This document shows, piece by piece, positions 1 through 9,798 of a stretch of DNA of 64,000 nt. Both the position numbers and the translations under genes were made by a program. Source of the stretch: a virus (taxonomy: Duplodnaviria; Caudoviricetes); the IMG/VR virus record IMGVR_UViG_3300033072_000338, positions 3,383 through 67,382 of that record. The stretch is one strand, 5' to 3'. The notes under the pieces were generated by a model. It did no database searches and was not told where the DNA came from. It saw nothing but the letters and a program-made list of their open reading frames with translations. The first letter of the stretch is position 1. Every line of letters begins with the position of its first letter.

Positions 1-231
1 GCCGAACGCTCCGCCCCAGCCCCAGCCAGTAGGCAGAGTGCCGGGGGTTCCGGCCACTGCCCCAACAGCCTCAGGTGTGGGGCACAGGTTCGGATTTGCG
101 CCAAGAGCCTCGTCGGGCACGTACCACAACGACCCGCCGTTGCGAGCCGATGCTTCACGTGCCCGACGCTCCAGGAGCACCGAACTCACAGCGTCGGATG
201 TCCGACGCTTCATGTGTTGTGAACGCATTGT

Positions 232-2088
232 TTAATCCTGCAGAGCTTCGATTGTCAGTGAGAACACTTCTGCGCTGGTTGGAGTGTAGGCTGCACGGGC
301 CTCAATGAAGGCGTAGATCGTGGTGCCCGATGCCAGCTTGAACGAGATGTCGGTCATCCCAGTATCAGTAGCTCCCCAGGCCCCGTCAGTCCATGCCCGA
401 TCCATCGTGATGTCCGAGCTACCGAGGTAACTAGCCACACCAGTCAGGGAGATGGTTGCTCCGTCTCCTGAGTTGATGGTCGGTGCAGTACCGAAGAAGT
501 GAACACGGAATGCGGCGTTGGCGATGTTCGTGCTCGTCTTGCTCAAGCGCACCTTGCGGATCACACCGGAGCCACCCGCAACACGAGCTGCAGTGAGAGC
601 GATCGGGGTCACCGAAGTGTTCAAGGTGTTGTTGGCAACGAGCTGACCAGTGGCGTAGGCCGTTGTATTGGCCGAACGTGTGATGCTTGCGACAGCGTTG
701 ACAGTGTTGTTACCAGCCTGAACTCGTGCACCATAGCCGACTGTACCGGGCATCCGATCCCAGCTAGCTCCGTTCCACACCATCCCAGCAGAACCGATAA
801 GTCCGCCGACACCTTGCGCATCTCCGCCCGGACTCTTGAGTCGGTCAAACGTCGTTCCGTTGTAGACGACAGGGGCGACACCTGCGAAGCCAGTTACGGC
901 TGCACCATCGGCACTCGGGCTCCGCACACGATCCCATGTAGAACCGTTGTAGACCACCGAAGCGCTTGCTATGTAGCCAGTGGATGCAGCCGCATCAGCA
1001 CCGGGGCTCTTGAGTCGATCGAACGTCGTTCCGTTGTAGACGACAGGAACAACACCAGCAAAACCGGTCACAGCAGCGCCGTCAGCGCTTGGGCTACGGG
1101 AGCGGTCGAAGTTCGTGCCGTTGAAAAGCATCGGAGCTTCGGCTGCGATACCTGTTGCAGCTTGACCGTCAGAGTTGGCAGATCGTTTGCGATCCAGGTT
1201 CCCAGCGCTATTCAGCAGTTGGTCAACACCGCCAGTCATCAGTGAGTAGCCGGTGCTGGGGACAGTCTGGTTGTCAGCGTTGTGGGCGACGATGGCAGTC
1301 AGGACCTGAGCCTTTCCGCTCGTGTCAACCCCACCGTTCATGATGGCGCCCGTGGGAGCTGTGCTTCCCGGAGTACCAACGACAGCGGAGAATTTGGAGA
1401 AGAGACCGGACAACCAGCCCCGGATACCCGATCCACCTGTGAGTTGGGTCACACCGGTGACATCGACTCCGTCTTGAGCAGCACCGACCGGCAGCGCACT
1501 GCTAGTCACAGTCACTGCAGCGGCAGTCGCGCTGGCCAGAACCAGATTCGCCATTGTCGGGGCGGAAAGAGCTGAGTTCTGAGTAACGTTACGCCATGTA
1601 GTGCTGAGATACACGGCAGGGTTTTGAGTGAGGTCGAATTCGTCAACCTGCTCGATCAGGTCTCCGATCGAATACCCGGGGCCAGATGCAATCGCCTTCC
1701 ACGTAGTAGGTGCGAACTGACGGGTGATGCCCAGTGTGATTGGGTTCCCGGTCGTCGCATCAACCAGAACGGTGCGCGAAGCAGTCCCAGCAGGGGTCGA
1801 GATGCCGGTCATCGCGCTGAAGATCGAGGACAACCATCCGCGGATGCCTGTTCCACCGGCGAGTTGATTCACACCAGTGGCGTCGGTTCCGTCCATGGCC
1901 ATACCAGCAGTCTGAGCACCAATCGTAATCAACGAGGGTTGCTCGACAACCGAGACTGAGTTCGATGCGCGACTCTGAACGATTTCGTCAGTCAGACGGT
2001 CCACAACGATTGAGCCATGCGGAGGCAGGGGGAAGTCTCCGACCACCAGGTAGTTATTAGACAGGTTAGTTACTAGATATGAGGCCAC
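232..2088 (-). CDS. Putative tail fibre/virion appendage protein with internal 29-aa repeats
   Basis: Gly/Ala/Thr/Val-rich ORF. Start moved to GTG 2088 behind AAAGGAAA. Contains tandem [FYW]NGxx[FW]DR repeats and lies next to tail-fibre-like genes. Confidence 0.55.
   Translation of the reverse strand: MASYLVTNLSNNYLVVGDFPLPPHGSIVVDRLTDEIVQSRASNSVSVVEQPSLITIGAQTAGMAMDGTDATGVNQLAGGTGIRGWLSSIFSAMTGISTPAGTASRTVLVDATTGNPITLGITRQFAPTTWKAIASGPGYSIGDLIEQVDEFDLTQNPAVYLSTTWRNVTQNSALSAPTMANLVLASATAAAVTVTSSALPVGAAQDGVDVTGVTQLTGGSGIRGWLSGLFSKFSAVVGTPGSTAPTGAIMNGGVDTSGKAQVLTAIVAHNADNQTVPSTGYSLMTGGVDQLLNSAGNLDRKRSANSDGQAATGIAAEAPMLFNGTNFDRSRSPSADGAAVTGFAGVVPVVYNGTTFDRLKSPGADAAASTGYIASASVVYNGSTWDRVRSPSADGAAVTGFAGVAPVVYNGTTFDRLKSPGGDAQGVGGLIGSAGMVWNGASWDRMPGTVGYGARVQAGNNTVNAVASITRSANTTAYATGQLVANNTLNTSVTPIALTAARVAGGSGVIRKVRLSKTSTNIANAAFRVHFFGTAPTINSGDGATISLTGVASYLGSSDITMDRAWTDGAWGATDTGMTDISFKLASGTTIYAFIEARAAYTPTSAEVFSLTIEALQD
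750..1130 (-). repeat. Intragenic tandem repeat, about 5 units of 29 aa (87 nt)
   Basis: Units FNGTNFDRSRSPSADGAAVTGFAGVVPVV / YNGTTFDRLKSPGADAAASTGYIASASVV / YNGSTWDRVRSPSADGAAVTGFAGVAPVV / YNGTTFDRLKSPGGDAQGVGGLIGSAGMV / WNGASWDR. Boundaries are approximate. Confidence 0.9.
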
Positions 2089-2141
2089 AGTGTTTCCTTT
2101 TTGGTTACGTTCTTGAGGGGGTCCCTCGACCCCCGGACGAA

Positions 2142-2546
2142 TCAATAGAGGTTGGCGTAGGCCGCGACTGCAGTGGTTCCGGCCGAGACCACCTGAGTGA
2201 CTGCGAACGGATACATGGCGTAGCCGGTCGTCACCGCGATGGTTTCGGTAGAGCCACCAGACAGGGTGACAACAACGTTACCAGCGGTCGTGCAGTTGAC
2301 GCGGAGCATGCGACCAGCAGCCACCGGGTTAGCCCCTACAGTGAGGGCCACGGAGTTCGTGATCGAAGCGTTGGAGGCGTCAGCAACAGGTGAGGTCACG
2401 GCGGTGATAGTCAGAACACCAGCGGCTTGACCTTGACTGATGTCATCGGTGAGAGTACCGACAACGACTTGACCGGTAGGGGGCAGGGAGTGACCTGCGA
2501 CGACGACGGTGCTGGAAGACTTGTTTGTGACGATATACGAAGACAT
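2142..2546 (-). CDS. Small beta-rich putative virion protein
   Basis: 134-aa Val/Thr/Ala-rich ORF with AAGGA RBS. Its N-terminus resembles that of the downstream 232-2088 protein. Confidence 0.5.
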   Translation of the reverse strand: MSSYIVTNKSSSTVVVAGHSLPPTGQVVVGTLTDDISQGQAAGVLTITAVTSPVADASNASITNSVALTVGANPVAAGRMLRVNCTTAGNVVVTLSGGSTETIAVTTGYAMYPFAVTQVVSAGTTAVAAYANLY

Positions 2547-2698
2547 GATGATTCCTTAATGGTTGACGAGAGACACTGGGAGTGCGTGAATTTCGCACAC
2601 TTTATGGAGGATTTGGCTAGGCTTGTTGCCATGAAATGCACCCAGCTCCAGGGGATTGCGCGGGGTTGGGCGGATAGGGCAGCAGATGGGTTAGCTGG

Positions 2699-4531
2699 TT
2701 ACCGGGCTGTCAATCGCAGCATCTCAAGATCGACTCCGTACACCACAGCAGAGTTGGCGCTGGGCAGAGCGTAGAACTCCAGATAGCCGGAGGCATAGGC
2801 TGATCCAGGAACAAAGTTTTGAGACGCGATCAGCGGCGACACGCGGGACGTGACCGTGGTTTCCGTGGCGGCCATCATGCGCACCAGTTGACCCGACCCC
2901 ACCTCTCTACCCAGCAGGGTCAGCGTCCCGCTGGTGTTTTGTTTGTACGCTGCCCGCAGTCGGTACATGCGTTTCGCCCCACTGGTTTCTGGCGGGATCG
3001 GGATCGCCGTGCCGATCTGAGTACCGGGAGACGTGGTGTTGCTCACGGTCTGGGAGGCGGCGAAATTGCTGAACCCCCCGATGCGCTCCATAAACGGTAC
3101 GGAACTGTCTGGGCGGGCCTGTGTGTTGATCACAAATCCCAGGTTCGAGTACCAGAGATAGTCGCTTTGATACTCGCCATCCGTCGATGTTGGTCCGTTG
3201 GCCTGACATACGTTGACCAGCATCACAAGCCGACCGAGTTTGCGCAAGCATTGCCCAGAATAAGCCGGCTCATAGGCCTGGGTATCCAGATCGCAAACCT
3301 TGAACCGGAACACATTGGTCAGATCAGTAATATCCAGCCCCCAGATTGCCCCGCGCTCAAGGGCATTGTGCCGGTAGATGATGATGACCCGGCCATCAGG
3401 CATGCAGGCAATGTCTGGGCGGGCCACGACGTTGGAGATCGGATTGACCGTTATGTTGTAGTTGTACGCCCAGTTTGTGATCGGCGTCGATGTCCATGAT
3501 CCGCTGCGGTTTGTGATGTAGTAAATCTGTGTGTTGTTGCTGCTGTCGCGCATTAGGAATGTGCAATGGAGCGCACCGCCAGCATCCACAGAAAGACCGT
3601 TGAGCTGCTGATTCAGAAGGCCTGATCCTGTGACGGCTGAACTCATCAACACATCTGAGGTCTGGGGCTGGATAGGCAACGCGTACGCGCTGCCGGAACG
3701 GTCGGTCCATGTCGCACCTCCATCAGACGATTTGGCGTAGCACACAGCCCAGTTGGCGTCAGCGGCACCGGTGTTACGCCACGTAAATGCGACGTGAATA
3801 GTCCCCCTTTTATCTACTACAAATCGAGTCGGATAAGCATTAGATGTTGGATTGACGCTGCCAGCGACTTGCCCGTTTCCGAATAGCTGGCAAGCCCGCG
3901 ACCAAGTGCCAGTAGTAGCGTTGTATTTGTTGATGTAGCCGTTACCGTTGCTGCTCACCCCATCGCGGTAGAAAAACAACAGCCCAGAGTCCGTGTCGAT
4001 GAATGTCGGGTAAGTCACGTCGGTTTCTTGTGACCCCACCATCGTTCCTGCAGCCCAGTTGCCAGCCACATTCCAGCCAGTCACACTGGAGCAGACCGCG
4101 TACCGCAGTGCTGTGTTGTGCATGTTGCCGGTGACGTGGATTTTCCCGTCGCTGGACACGCCGAGCGAAAGGAAAAAGTGACTGTCATAGCCGACAGCCC
4201 CGATGGGATTCCCACTGATCGTAGACAGATCGAACGTATCCCAGGTCCGCGCCCCCAACGTTTTTCGGCCCAGGATCGGATTTTGAGAGTCTGCCCACCA
4301 CACAGCCCACAAATAGCCTGCTGCGTACACAACGTTGTCGTGACTCATGCAGTTATAGATGTAGCTGCTACGGAGCCAGCCGGGTAATTCGGACACGACC
4401 GTGCTGGGGATCACCCCCATCCCCGCATGCTCCAGCGCATGGGCGGTCAGATTGGTCCCGGCTGCGGCTATGCTGGAGTGCTGAGCCAAGTGTTGATCCA
4501 CCGAGAACGGTGCTTGGATTACTGGTAACAT
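2699..4531 (-). CDS. BNR/Asp-box beta-propeller protein, possible tailspike or glycan-binding/depolymerase
   Basis: Asp-box motif YAKSSDGGATW and propeller-like segments (YDSHFFLSLGVSSDGKIHVTGNMH, TYPTF, FFYRDG). Tail-fibre neighbourhood. Confidence 0.6.
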   Translation of the reverse strand: MLPVIQAPFSVDQHLAQHSSIAAAGTNLTAHALEHAGMGVIPSTVVSELPGWLRSSYIYNCMSHDNVVYAAGYLWAVWWADSQNPILGRKTLGARTWDTFDLSTISGNPIGAVGYDSHFFLSLGVSSDGKIHVTGNMHNTALRYAVCSSVTGWNVAGNWAAGTMVGSQETDVTYPTFIDTDSGLLFFYRDGVSSNGNGYINKYNATTGTWSRACQLFGNGQVAGSVNPTSNAYPTRFVVDKRGTIHVAFTWRNTGAADANWAVCYAKSSDGGATWTDRSGSAYALPIQPQTSDVLMSSAVTGSGLLNQQLNGLSVDAGGALHCTFLMRDSSNNTQIYYITNRSGSWTSTPITNWAYNYNITVNPISNVVARPDIACMPDGRVIIIYRHNALERGAIWGLDITDLTNVFRFKVCDLDTQAYEPAYSGQCLRKLGRLVMLVNVCQANGPTSTDGEYQSDYLWYSNLGFVINTQARPDSSVPFMERIGGFSNFAASQTVSNTTSPGTQIGTAIPIPPETSGAKRMYRLRAAYKQNTSGTLTLLGREVGSGQLVRMMAATETTVTSRVSPLIASQNFVPGSAYASGYLEFYALPSANSAVVYGVDLEMLRLTAR

Positions 4532-4550
4532 AGATAAGTCCCGTCCTTAG

Positions 4551-5384
4551 TCAGAATAGACCACCGCTGGTGATCGAAGCCACGGCCTGAGTCTTCACGT
4601 AGAAGTTCACAGTGTCGCCAGCACCAGGGGCGACTGCGAAGGGAGCCGAGAATGAAACGACGGATTGCCCACTTCCGTTTGTTGCCACAGCAGTGATGCT
4701 ACGGCACGCGCTGTACTCGACACCCGAGGTGACCTGGAACAACTGCGAAGCTTGCGGAACTACGCCACCGTTGGTCAGCGTTATGGAGTTCAGGGTTGCG
4801 CTCGCAATCGTTGCAGTGCTAGAAACCGCAAACCCTTCGAAGTTCCACAATCCGATACGGTCTGTGTAGGCCAGGAAAGTTCCGTAGTGAGTTTGGATCA
4901 CACTGACGTTCGGGACTGCACCTGAGCTGCTAGGCAACGCATCGGGTGCCGCCTGAACAGGAATCGCCAGCACGTTCTGCTGAGCGATCGTTACCCACAT
5001 CTCATAGTTACCGCCGCCAGTTGGCAGGTAGATGTCGGCCTGGAAGTTTCCTCCCGTGTCGCTCACCGTGTCGAGCGGAAGCTTCGTCACCGGCTGGTCG
5101 AACACGCAGATAGCGAACAGCGTGTTGTTGTAGAAGAGACCGATCTCACCGAATTGGAAGGGCCCGGCAGATTCCCCAATCATCACGGTGTATCGGATGT
5201 TGTTGGGTGGAACTGCAACCGGGGGATTCGGCAATCCTGAGTAGACGAGTGACCCGTGTAGGTTCGTCTGGGAAGCAGACGGGGTGTATCCGTAGTCGCT
5301 CCCGAGTTGATATCCGGTCAGCACCACGGCGGACGTCGCCGAGTTGATGATTGTCTGACCAGCGGTTGTGAGTTGGACGAGCAT
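4551..5384 (-). CDS. Tail fibre / tail-collar fibre N-terminal-type protein
   Basis: Starts LTTAG and has GPFQFGEIGLF..NTLFAI, typical of myovirus tail-fibre N-terminal domains. Confidence 0.6.
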   Translation of the reverse strand: MLVQLTTAGQTIINSATSAVVLTGYQLGSDYGYTPSASQTNLHGSLVYSGLPNPPVAVPPNNIRYTVMIGESAGPFQFGEIGLFYNNTLFAICVFDQPVTKLPLDTVSDTGGNFQADIYLPTGGGNYEMWVTIAQQNVLAIPVQAAPDALPSSSGAVPNVSVIQTHYGTFLAYTDRIGLWNFEGFAVSSTATIASATLNSITLTNGGVVPQASQLFQVTSGVEYSACRSITAVATNGSGQSVVSFSAPFAVAPGAGDTVNFYVKTQAVASITSGGLF

Positions 5385-5393
5385 GTGAAATCC

Positions 5394-5750
5394 TTACTTC
5401 AGCTGACGCAACTTATAAATTGTCCTGGCAAATACCCCCAACACTTCATCCACGATATTCTGCAGAGGGCGACTGTCACCAACAGCCTCATCGCGGGTGC
5501 CCTCAACGAGTTCCTTGAACTTGACGATCTCAGCAAGTGGATCCGTAGTCGGGACTGGAGTGTCGAGGTACGGCAGGTCAACGACATCGTTGAATCCTTG
5601 GTAGCACTCAACGAGCTTGTCGGTCAAGTCGGTAAGCTCGGAGTAGAAATCTCCTAGTGCCATGTGCTTGGCGTAGGAATCGGTGCGCAAGTGGGCGCGG
5701 TGACCGAAGTCACGGGCTGCGAAAAGCAGTGCAGCGAATTGTTCGAACAT
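5394..5750 (-). CDS. Small four-helix ferritin/Dps-like phage protein
   Basis: Start moved to ATG 5750. Motif H..HL.T.SYAKHMALGDFY..L.DL.DKLVECYQG ... TIYKL, seen in T4-like ferritin-like proteins. Confidence 0.5.
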   Translation of the reverse strand: MFEQFAALLFAARDFGHRAHLRTDSYAKHMALGDFYSELTDLTDKLVECYQGFNDVVDLPYLDTPVPTTDPLAEIVKFKELVEGTRDEAVGDSRPLQNIVDEVLGVFARTIYKLRQLK

Positions 5751-5858
5751 ATTGAGTACCCAAATTTTATGTCGAGCACGGATCGCCAAGGACTCCCTAC
5801 CACAGGAGACTTGACGGGCAAAGTGGTAGTGTGCTCCCCATAAAATTGCAGCCCAACC

Positions 5859-5865
5859 GTAAATA
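5859..5865 (+). promoter_or_regulatory. GTAAATA promoter-like motif
   Basis: Recurrent heptamer about 30 nt upstream of the first gene of the plus-strand operon. Confidence 0.6.
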
Positions 5866-5893
5866 GAAGGGAGACTGAACACTGGAGAACCAA

Positions 5894-6493
5894 GTGCCAT
5901 ACTACTTCCGGGATCAAGCACAGATAGACAAACATCGAGCCGAAAACATCAAAGAGTTGGCCAACATCTATCGTGAGTTCGGCCAACGATTGGTGGCCAA
6001 GTTTGAACCACTACTGCATTACAGGATGGACTGCGTGACTCGCGAGCTGGTCGACAACACGGTGGCCTTAGAGCAGGAGATGCTGCGGGCATCGTGTTTG
6101 CACGCCTACGGCATCAAGGGCTCACTAGTGATGCCACGTTACGACCAGTACACTATCACGCTCGTCTTCCATGAAGAGGTGGTGGCCGTGCTCTTGCAGG
6201 ACACAGAATTGGACAAGGCAGCCGCAGACCTTGCGGACGCCAAGCGCAGACTTGTAGCCTTCAACGCGGGTCAGTATCTGGGTCGTAGCATCTTGAAGCG
6301 TGAGCTGCGCAATCTGTTGAAGCTCACCATCGACTACGACATCTGGAGCGCGCAGACTCGATACCAGTTCTACCTGACCAACGGAAGGTATGTGTGGCAT
6401 GACGAAAGCAACAGACGTGCGAAACACCGACAACGGGTTGCACGTCTCGAATACCTGCGGGCTAAGATCCTGCGGGACTCAAGGAAGAAATGA
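5894..6493 (+). CDS. Hypothetical protein
   Basis: 199-aa ORF, GTG start after GGAGAA. Stop overlaps the next start. Confidence 0.65.
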   Translation: MPYYFRDQAQIDKHRAENIKELANIYREFGQRLVAKFEPLLHYRMDCVTRELVDNTVALEQEMLRASCLHAYGIKGSLVMPRYDQYTITLVFHEEVVAVLLQDTELDKAAADLADAKRRLVAFNAGQYLGRSILKRELRNLLKLTIDYDIWSAQTRYQFYLTNGRYVWHDESNRRAKHRQRVARLEYLRAKILRDSRKK

Positions 6494-7362
6494 AGTTAAG
6501 ACCACAAGCCAGCGCCAAGAACGAACTCCTGGGGCTGTACGCAAGCATGTTCCGGGAGGGAACGATTGTCCAGCGCCGAGATCTGTCCCGGCTCTACAAT
6601 CTACGCTGCTCGGGTATTCCGTACTGCCCAACATCGACTCTACTCAGTTACGGCCGTCGCGGCAAGTTCGAAGCGATGGGGATGAGCATGCACTTCTACG
6701 TCGGGGTTGGACACAGTGTCCACAACACGATGCAGAGGTACCTGTCACAGACGGGCAAGTTCCTGGCTGACTACGAGTGCAAGGAATGTGGGAAGAAGTA
6801 CCCACTGTCGCACAAGTACGAGTGCTGTGACATGCCAACACAGTACGAGGAAATCACGATCGACGTTGGTAGGAAGGGGCAGAAGTATCTGCGTATCCAG
6901 GGCCACATCGACGCTATCTTCAAAGACAAGGATGGTCGGTACTGGATCCTCGACTTCAAGACTACTTCTTTGAAGGCGAAGGACGACAAGGCCGTGAAGC
7001 CACCCCTGAACTACAAGCGTCAGGTCCGTGCCTATGCCTACCTGCTGTGGAAGCAGTACGGAATCAAAGTGTACGGGTGTATGCTAATGTTCATACCCAG
7101 AGACAATCCGGCAGAGCCCACCATATGGGAGTACGCCATCCGCGAGACGATGGAAGAACTACGTGAGGAGCTGATGGTCGATAAGCGGCTGCACAAGCGA
7201 ACCATGCTGGCTTCAACCGTCGATGAGATGCTCGCGCTGTCAAAGGCAAAGTGCGGTGACGAGTACTGCGACAACTGCAAGAAGACACCCAAGGAACTGA
7301 AGAAGCTGTTTACCGATTTGGTAAATAAGGGCAAGTATCCTATTCTTAAAGAGGAAGTATGA
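6490..7362 (+). CDS. Cas4-like PD-(D/E)xK (RecB-family) exonuclease
   Basis: GHIDAIF...ILDFKTT motif, QVRAYAY, and N- and C-terminal Cys clusters (YCP; C..YC..C). Confidence 0.75.
   Translation: MKLRPQASAKNELLGLYASMFREGTIVQRRDLSRLYNLRCSGIPYCPTSTLLSYGRRGKFEAMGMSMHFYVGVGHSVHNTMQRYLSQTGKFLADYECKECGKKYPLSHKYECCDMPTQYEEITIDVGRKGQKYLRIQGHIDAIFKDKDGRYWILDFKTTSLKAKDDKAVKPPLNYKRQVRAYAYLLWKQYGIKVYGCMLMFIPRDNPAEPTIWEYAIRETMEELREELMVDKRLHKRTMLASTVDEMLALSKAKCGDEYCDNCKKTPKELKKLFTDLVNKGKYPILKEEV
7321..7327 (+). promoter_or_regulatory. GTAAATA promoter-like motif
   Basis: Heptamer 31 nt before ATG 7359 and its GAGG RBS. Confidence 0.5.
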
Positions 7363-7601
7363 AAGTCAAGAAGCTAGTGGTTGAAGTGACGAAGACACTT
7401 CAAGTCGAAAGATTTGAACCTGTCACTGTGACGCTTCGCGCTGAAGCGGAGCTGGAAGCCGGAGAAGAGTTCAAGGAAGTGTCCAAGGAACTGTATCGGC
7501 AGGTTTCGGGGCAGACCAAGATCTTCATCCAGAACGAGATGACCAAGCATCTTATGGAAGTCGACGGCAACCGCGAAGCTCGCAAGAAGAAGGGCATCTG
7601 A
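7359..7601 (+). CDS. Hypothetical protein
   Basis: 80-aa ORF with GAGGAAG RBS, coupled to its neighbours. Confidence 0.65.
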   Translation: MKVKKLVVEVTKTLQVERFEPVTVTLRAEAELEAGEEFKEVSKELYRQVSGQTKIFIQNEMTKHLMEVDGNREARKKKGI

Positions 7602-7602
7602 C

Positions 7603-7968
7603 ATGAGCAGCCAAGATCTCTACTTTGCGGACGAGTACCTTCGCTCGTGGTTGCAGGTAGACGAAAGCTGGGATGCACGGATTGCCAAGGCCGTCGGTAA
7701 GGAAACGATGGATCGCCTGGATCTGCGACTCTCGGAATACGACGAAGAGGAACATGGTTCGTGGCGTGACTACTCAAGCCACCTGCTCTATCCTGGTGAG
7801 GAGGAGAAGCTCACGGCACTGGTTCGTGACGGAACGCTCCAATACCAACGTGATGACGGGAGCTACTCGGTGGCTGCACCGGGCGACCTCCTGTTCTCAA
7901 CTGTCACCATGTCTGCCACCCACTTATGGGATGGCGAATGGTGGAAACCAATCTACAACGAAGACTGA
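7603..7968 (+). CDS. Hypothetical acidic protein
   Basis: 121-aa ORF that exactly fills the gap between neighbours. Confidence 0.6.
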   Translation: MSSQDLYFADEYLRSWLQVDESWDARIAKAVGKETMDRLDLRLSEYDEEEHGSWRDYSSHLLYPGEEEKLTALVRDGTLQYQRDDGSYSVAAPGDLLFSTVTMSATHLWDGEWWKPIYNED

Positions 7969-7969
7969 C

Positions 7970-9079
7970 ATGGCACTCAATTCCCGCACCAAACCTGAAA
8001 CGAATACCGAAGATGGCAGCTTTGCCACCCGATACAGACCCGGTACCCTGGACGAGATCATCGGACAAGAAGCGAATGTCACGCGTCTGCGCGGCATGCT
8101 CAAGTCCGGGATCCCACGCGCGTTCCTCTTCATAGGACCGTCGTCAGCTGGTAAGACAACGTTGGCCCGCGCCATTGCAGCTGAGATCAACGGAAAGCCT
8201 TCAGGACAGCAGACCGACCTGAAGGAAGTGGACGGCACGAACACTCGCACGATTGAGGAGCTGCGCGAACTGGTCAAGCTGTCGAAGTTCCGACCCGCGA
8301 ATCGCAAGCGTATCTTCATCATCGACGAGGCACAACAGATCGTGAGCAACGCGCAAGCGGCACCAGTGCTCCTCAAGCCCCTTGAGGACGGCAGCCCTGA
8401 TACGGTCTGGATGCTGTGCTCGATGGACCCGTCGAAGTTCACGACAGGGAATGGCAAGGCCATTGCGAATCGCTGTCAGCAGTTCGTGTTGAGCGCACCT
8501 TCACCAGAGTCTTTGACCGAGTACGCCAAGCGCATCATAAAGGGCGAGAAGATGCGCTATATGATGGAAGGTAAACTGGTCAAGCAGCTTACCGAAGGTT
8601 GCAATGGCGAATTCCGTACTCTGGCCAACCTGATCCAGAACTGCCGTGACTTCTACGAGGGGTCCAAGAAGAAGCCGGAACGCCTGTCACCCGAAGACGT
8701 CGCCTCGGTGCTGTCTACATCAACCACTAACCAAGATGCGCTGGTGCTCAAGTTTGTGACCGAGCTGATTGCAGGTCAGTACAAGAAGGTGCTGGCGGTG
8801 TTGTTGGATGTCGAAGACGGCTTCGCGTTCCTGAACCAACTCCACTACGCTGCCGCGTTTTTGGTAAATAGTCAGGCAGTGAGCCGCCACCGTAAGGTCT
8901 GGTGGACTCCACTGAACAAGCAGCTGAATTCCGCCACCAAGTCAGCGAACATCCGCATCCTGGCCGCACTCTTCGACATGGTGGTCACCACCAAGGTCGA
9001 GGCCGGCTCCTTCCAACTTCAACCAACCGACCTCCTGGCACGCAACGCCTATCGTTTCATCGTGAGCAACTGCAAATGA
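7970..9079 (+). CDS. Clamp-loader AAA+ ATPase (DnaX gamma/tau or RFC-like)
   Basis: RYRPGTLDEIIGQ, Walker A GPSSAGKTTLARAIA, Walker B IFIIDEAQQ, LLKPLED. Start moved to ATG 7970. Confidence 0.85.
   Translation: MALNSRTKPETNTEDGSFATRYRPGTLDEIIGQEANVTRLRGMLKSGIPRAFLFIGPSSAGKTTLARAIAAEINGKPSGQQTDLKEVDGTNTRTIEELRELVKLSKFRPANRKRIFIIDEAQQIVSNAQAAPVLLKPLEDGSPDTVWMLCSMDPSKFTTGNGKAIANRCQQFVLSAPSPESLTEYAKRIIKGEKMRYMMEGKLVKQLTEGCNGEFRTLANLIQNCRDFYEGSKKKPERLSPEDVASVLSTSTTNQDALVLKFVTELIAGQYKKVLAVLLDVEDGFAFLNQLHYAAAFLVNSQAVSRHRKVWWTPLNKQLNSATKSANIRILAALFDMVVTTKVEAGSFQLQPTDLLARNAYRFIVSNCK
8864..8870 (+). promoter_or_regulatory. GTAAATA motif (intragenic, weaker candidate)
   Basis: Heptamer about 205 nt upstream of the dNMP kinase start. 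Confidence 0.3.
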
Positions 9080-9798
9080 AAACCAAGACTATCTTCAGTG
9101 TGAGTGGCCCCATAGGGTCAGGCAAAGACACGATCGGCAACTACTTGATTCAGAACCATGGCTATCACCGGATGTCCTTTTCGTACGTCCTCAAGAAGGT
9201 CGTGTCCGTGCTCTTCGGGTGGGACCTCGAAATGCTTGAGGGTCTCACACCGGAGATGAGGGCCAAGCGGCTTGAAGTGGACCCGTGGTGGCAGCAAGCG
9301 CTAGGCAACAAGTTCGAGAGCGTGACCCCGCGTGACATGTTGCAGTACATCGGAACCGAAGTGTTCCGCGACCACTTCCACCGCAACATCTGGGCAACGG
9401 CTTGCATGCGGCAGATTCATGATAGCCCCCATGACAAGATCGTTCTGACCGACACACGATTCCTGAACGAACTCATGGCTGTCAACGAACTCCGTGACGT
9501 CTACAAAGTTCACTGTGTCAACGTGTTCCGCGAAATCCCGGATTGGTGGGAGTCGTTCTACCAAGGCGTAGACCAGGAGTTCAAGAGTAGCTGGGGCGAG
9601 TCTTTCACGACCATGCCCAATGTCCAGTACTCACCTACCCTGATGCAGTCGCTGGCGGATTACGGTCAGTTGTGGAGACCAGCGGGCGTCCACAAGAGCG
9701 AGATCGAGTTCTTGCTCTGGCCAGCCTACGACCGGACAATCGACAACAGCGGGAAGCTGGAATCAACCTACGCACAGATCGAACAATGCTTCAAGTAA
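9076..9798 (+). CDS. Deoxynucleoside monophosphate kinase (T4 gp1-like)
   Basis: SGPIGSGKDT P-loop, SFSYVLK, TPRDMLQYIGTEVFRD, VLTDTRFLNE, IDNSG. ATGA coupling to the upstream gene. Confidence 0.85.
   Translation: MKTKTIFSVSGPIGSGKDTIGNYLIQNHGYHRMSFSYVLKKVVSVLFGWDLEMLEGLTPEMRAKRLEVDPWWQQALGNKFESVTPRDMLQYIGTEVFRDHFHRNIWATACMRQIHDSPHDKIVLTDTRFLNELMAVNELRDVYKVHCVNVFREIPDWWESFYQGVDQEFKSSWGESFTTMPNVQYSPTLMQSLADYGQLWRPAGVHKSEIEFLLWPAYDRTIDNSGKLESTYAQIEQCFK

Noticed and set aside
187-216. Palindrome AGCGTCGGA-TG-TCCGACGCT after the first gene
   Set aside because: A single hairpin without a clear U-tract or a second full copy. At most a weak terminator.
6490-7362. Cas4-like nuclease as evidence of a CRISPR-Cas locus
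   Set aside because: No repeat-spacer array or other cas genes seen. Solo Cas4-like nucleases are common in phage recombination modules.
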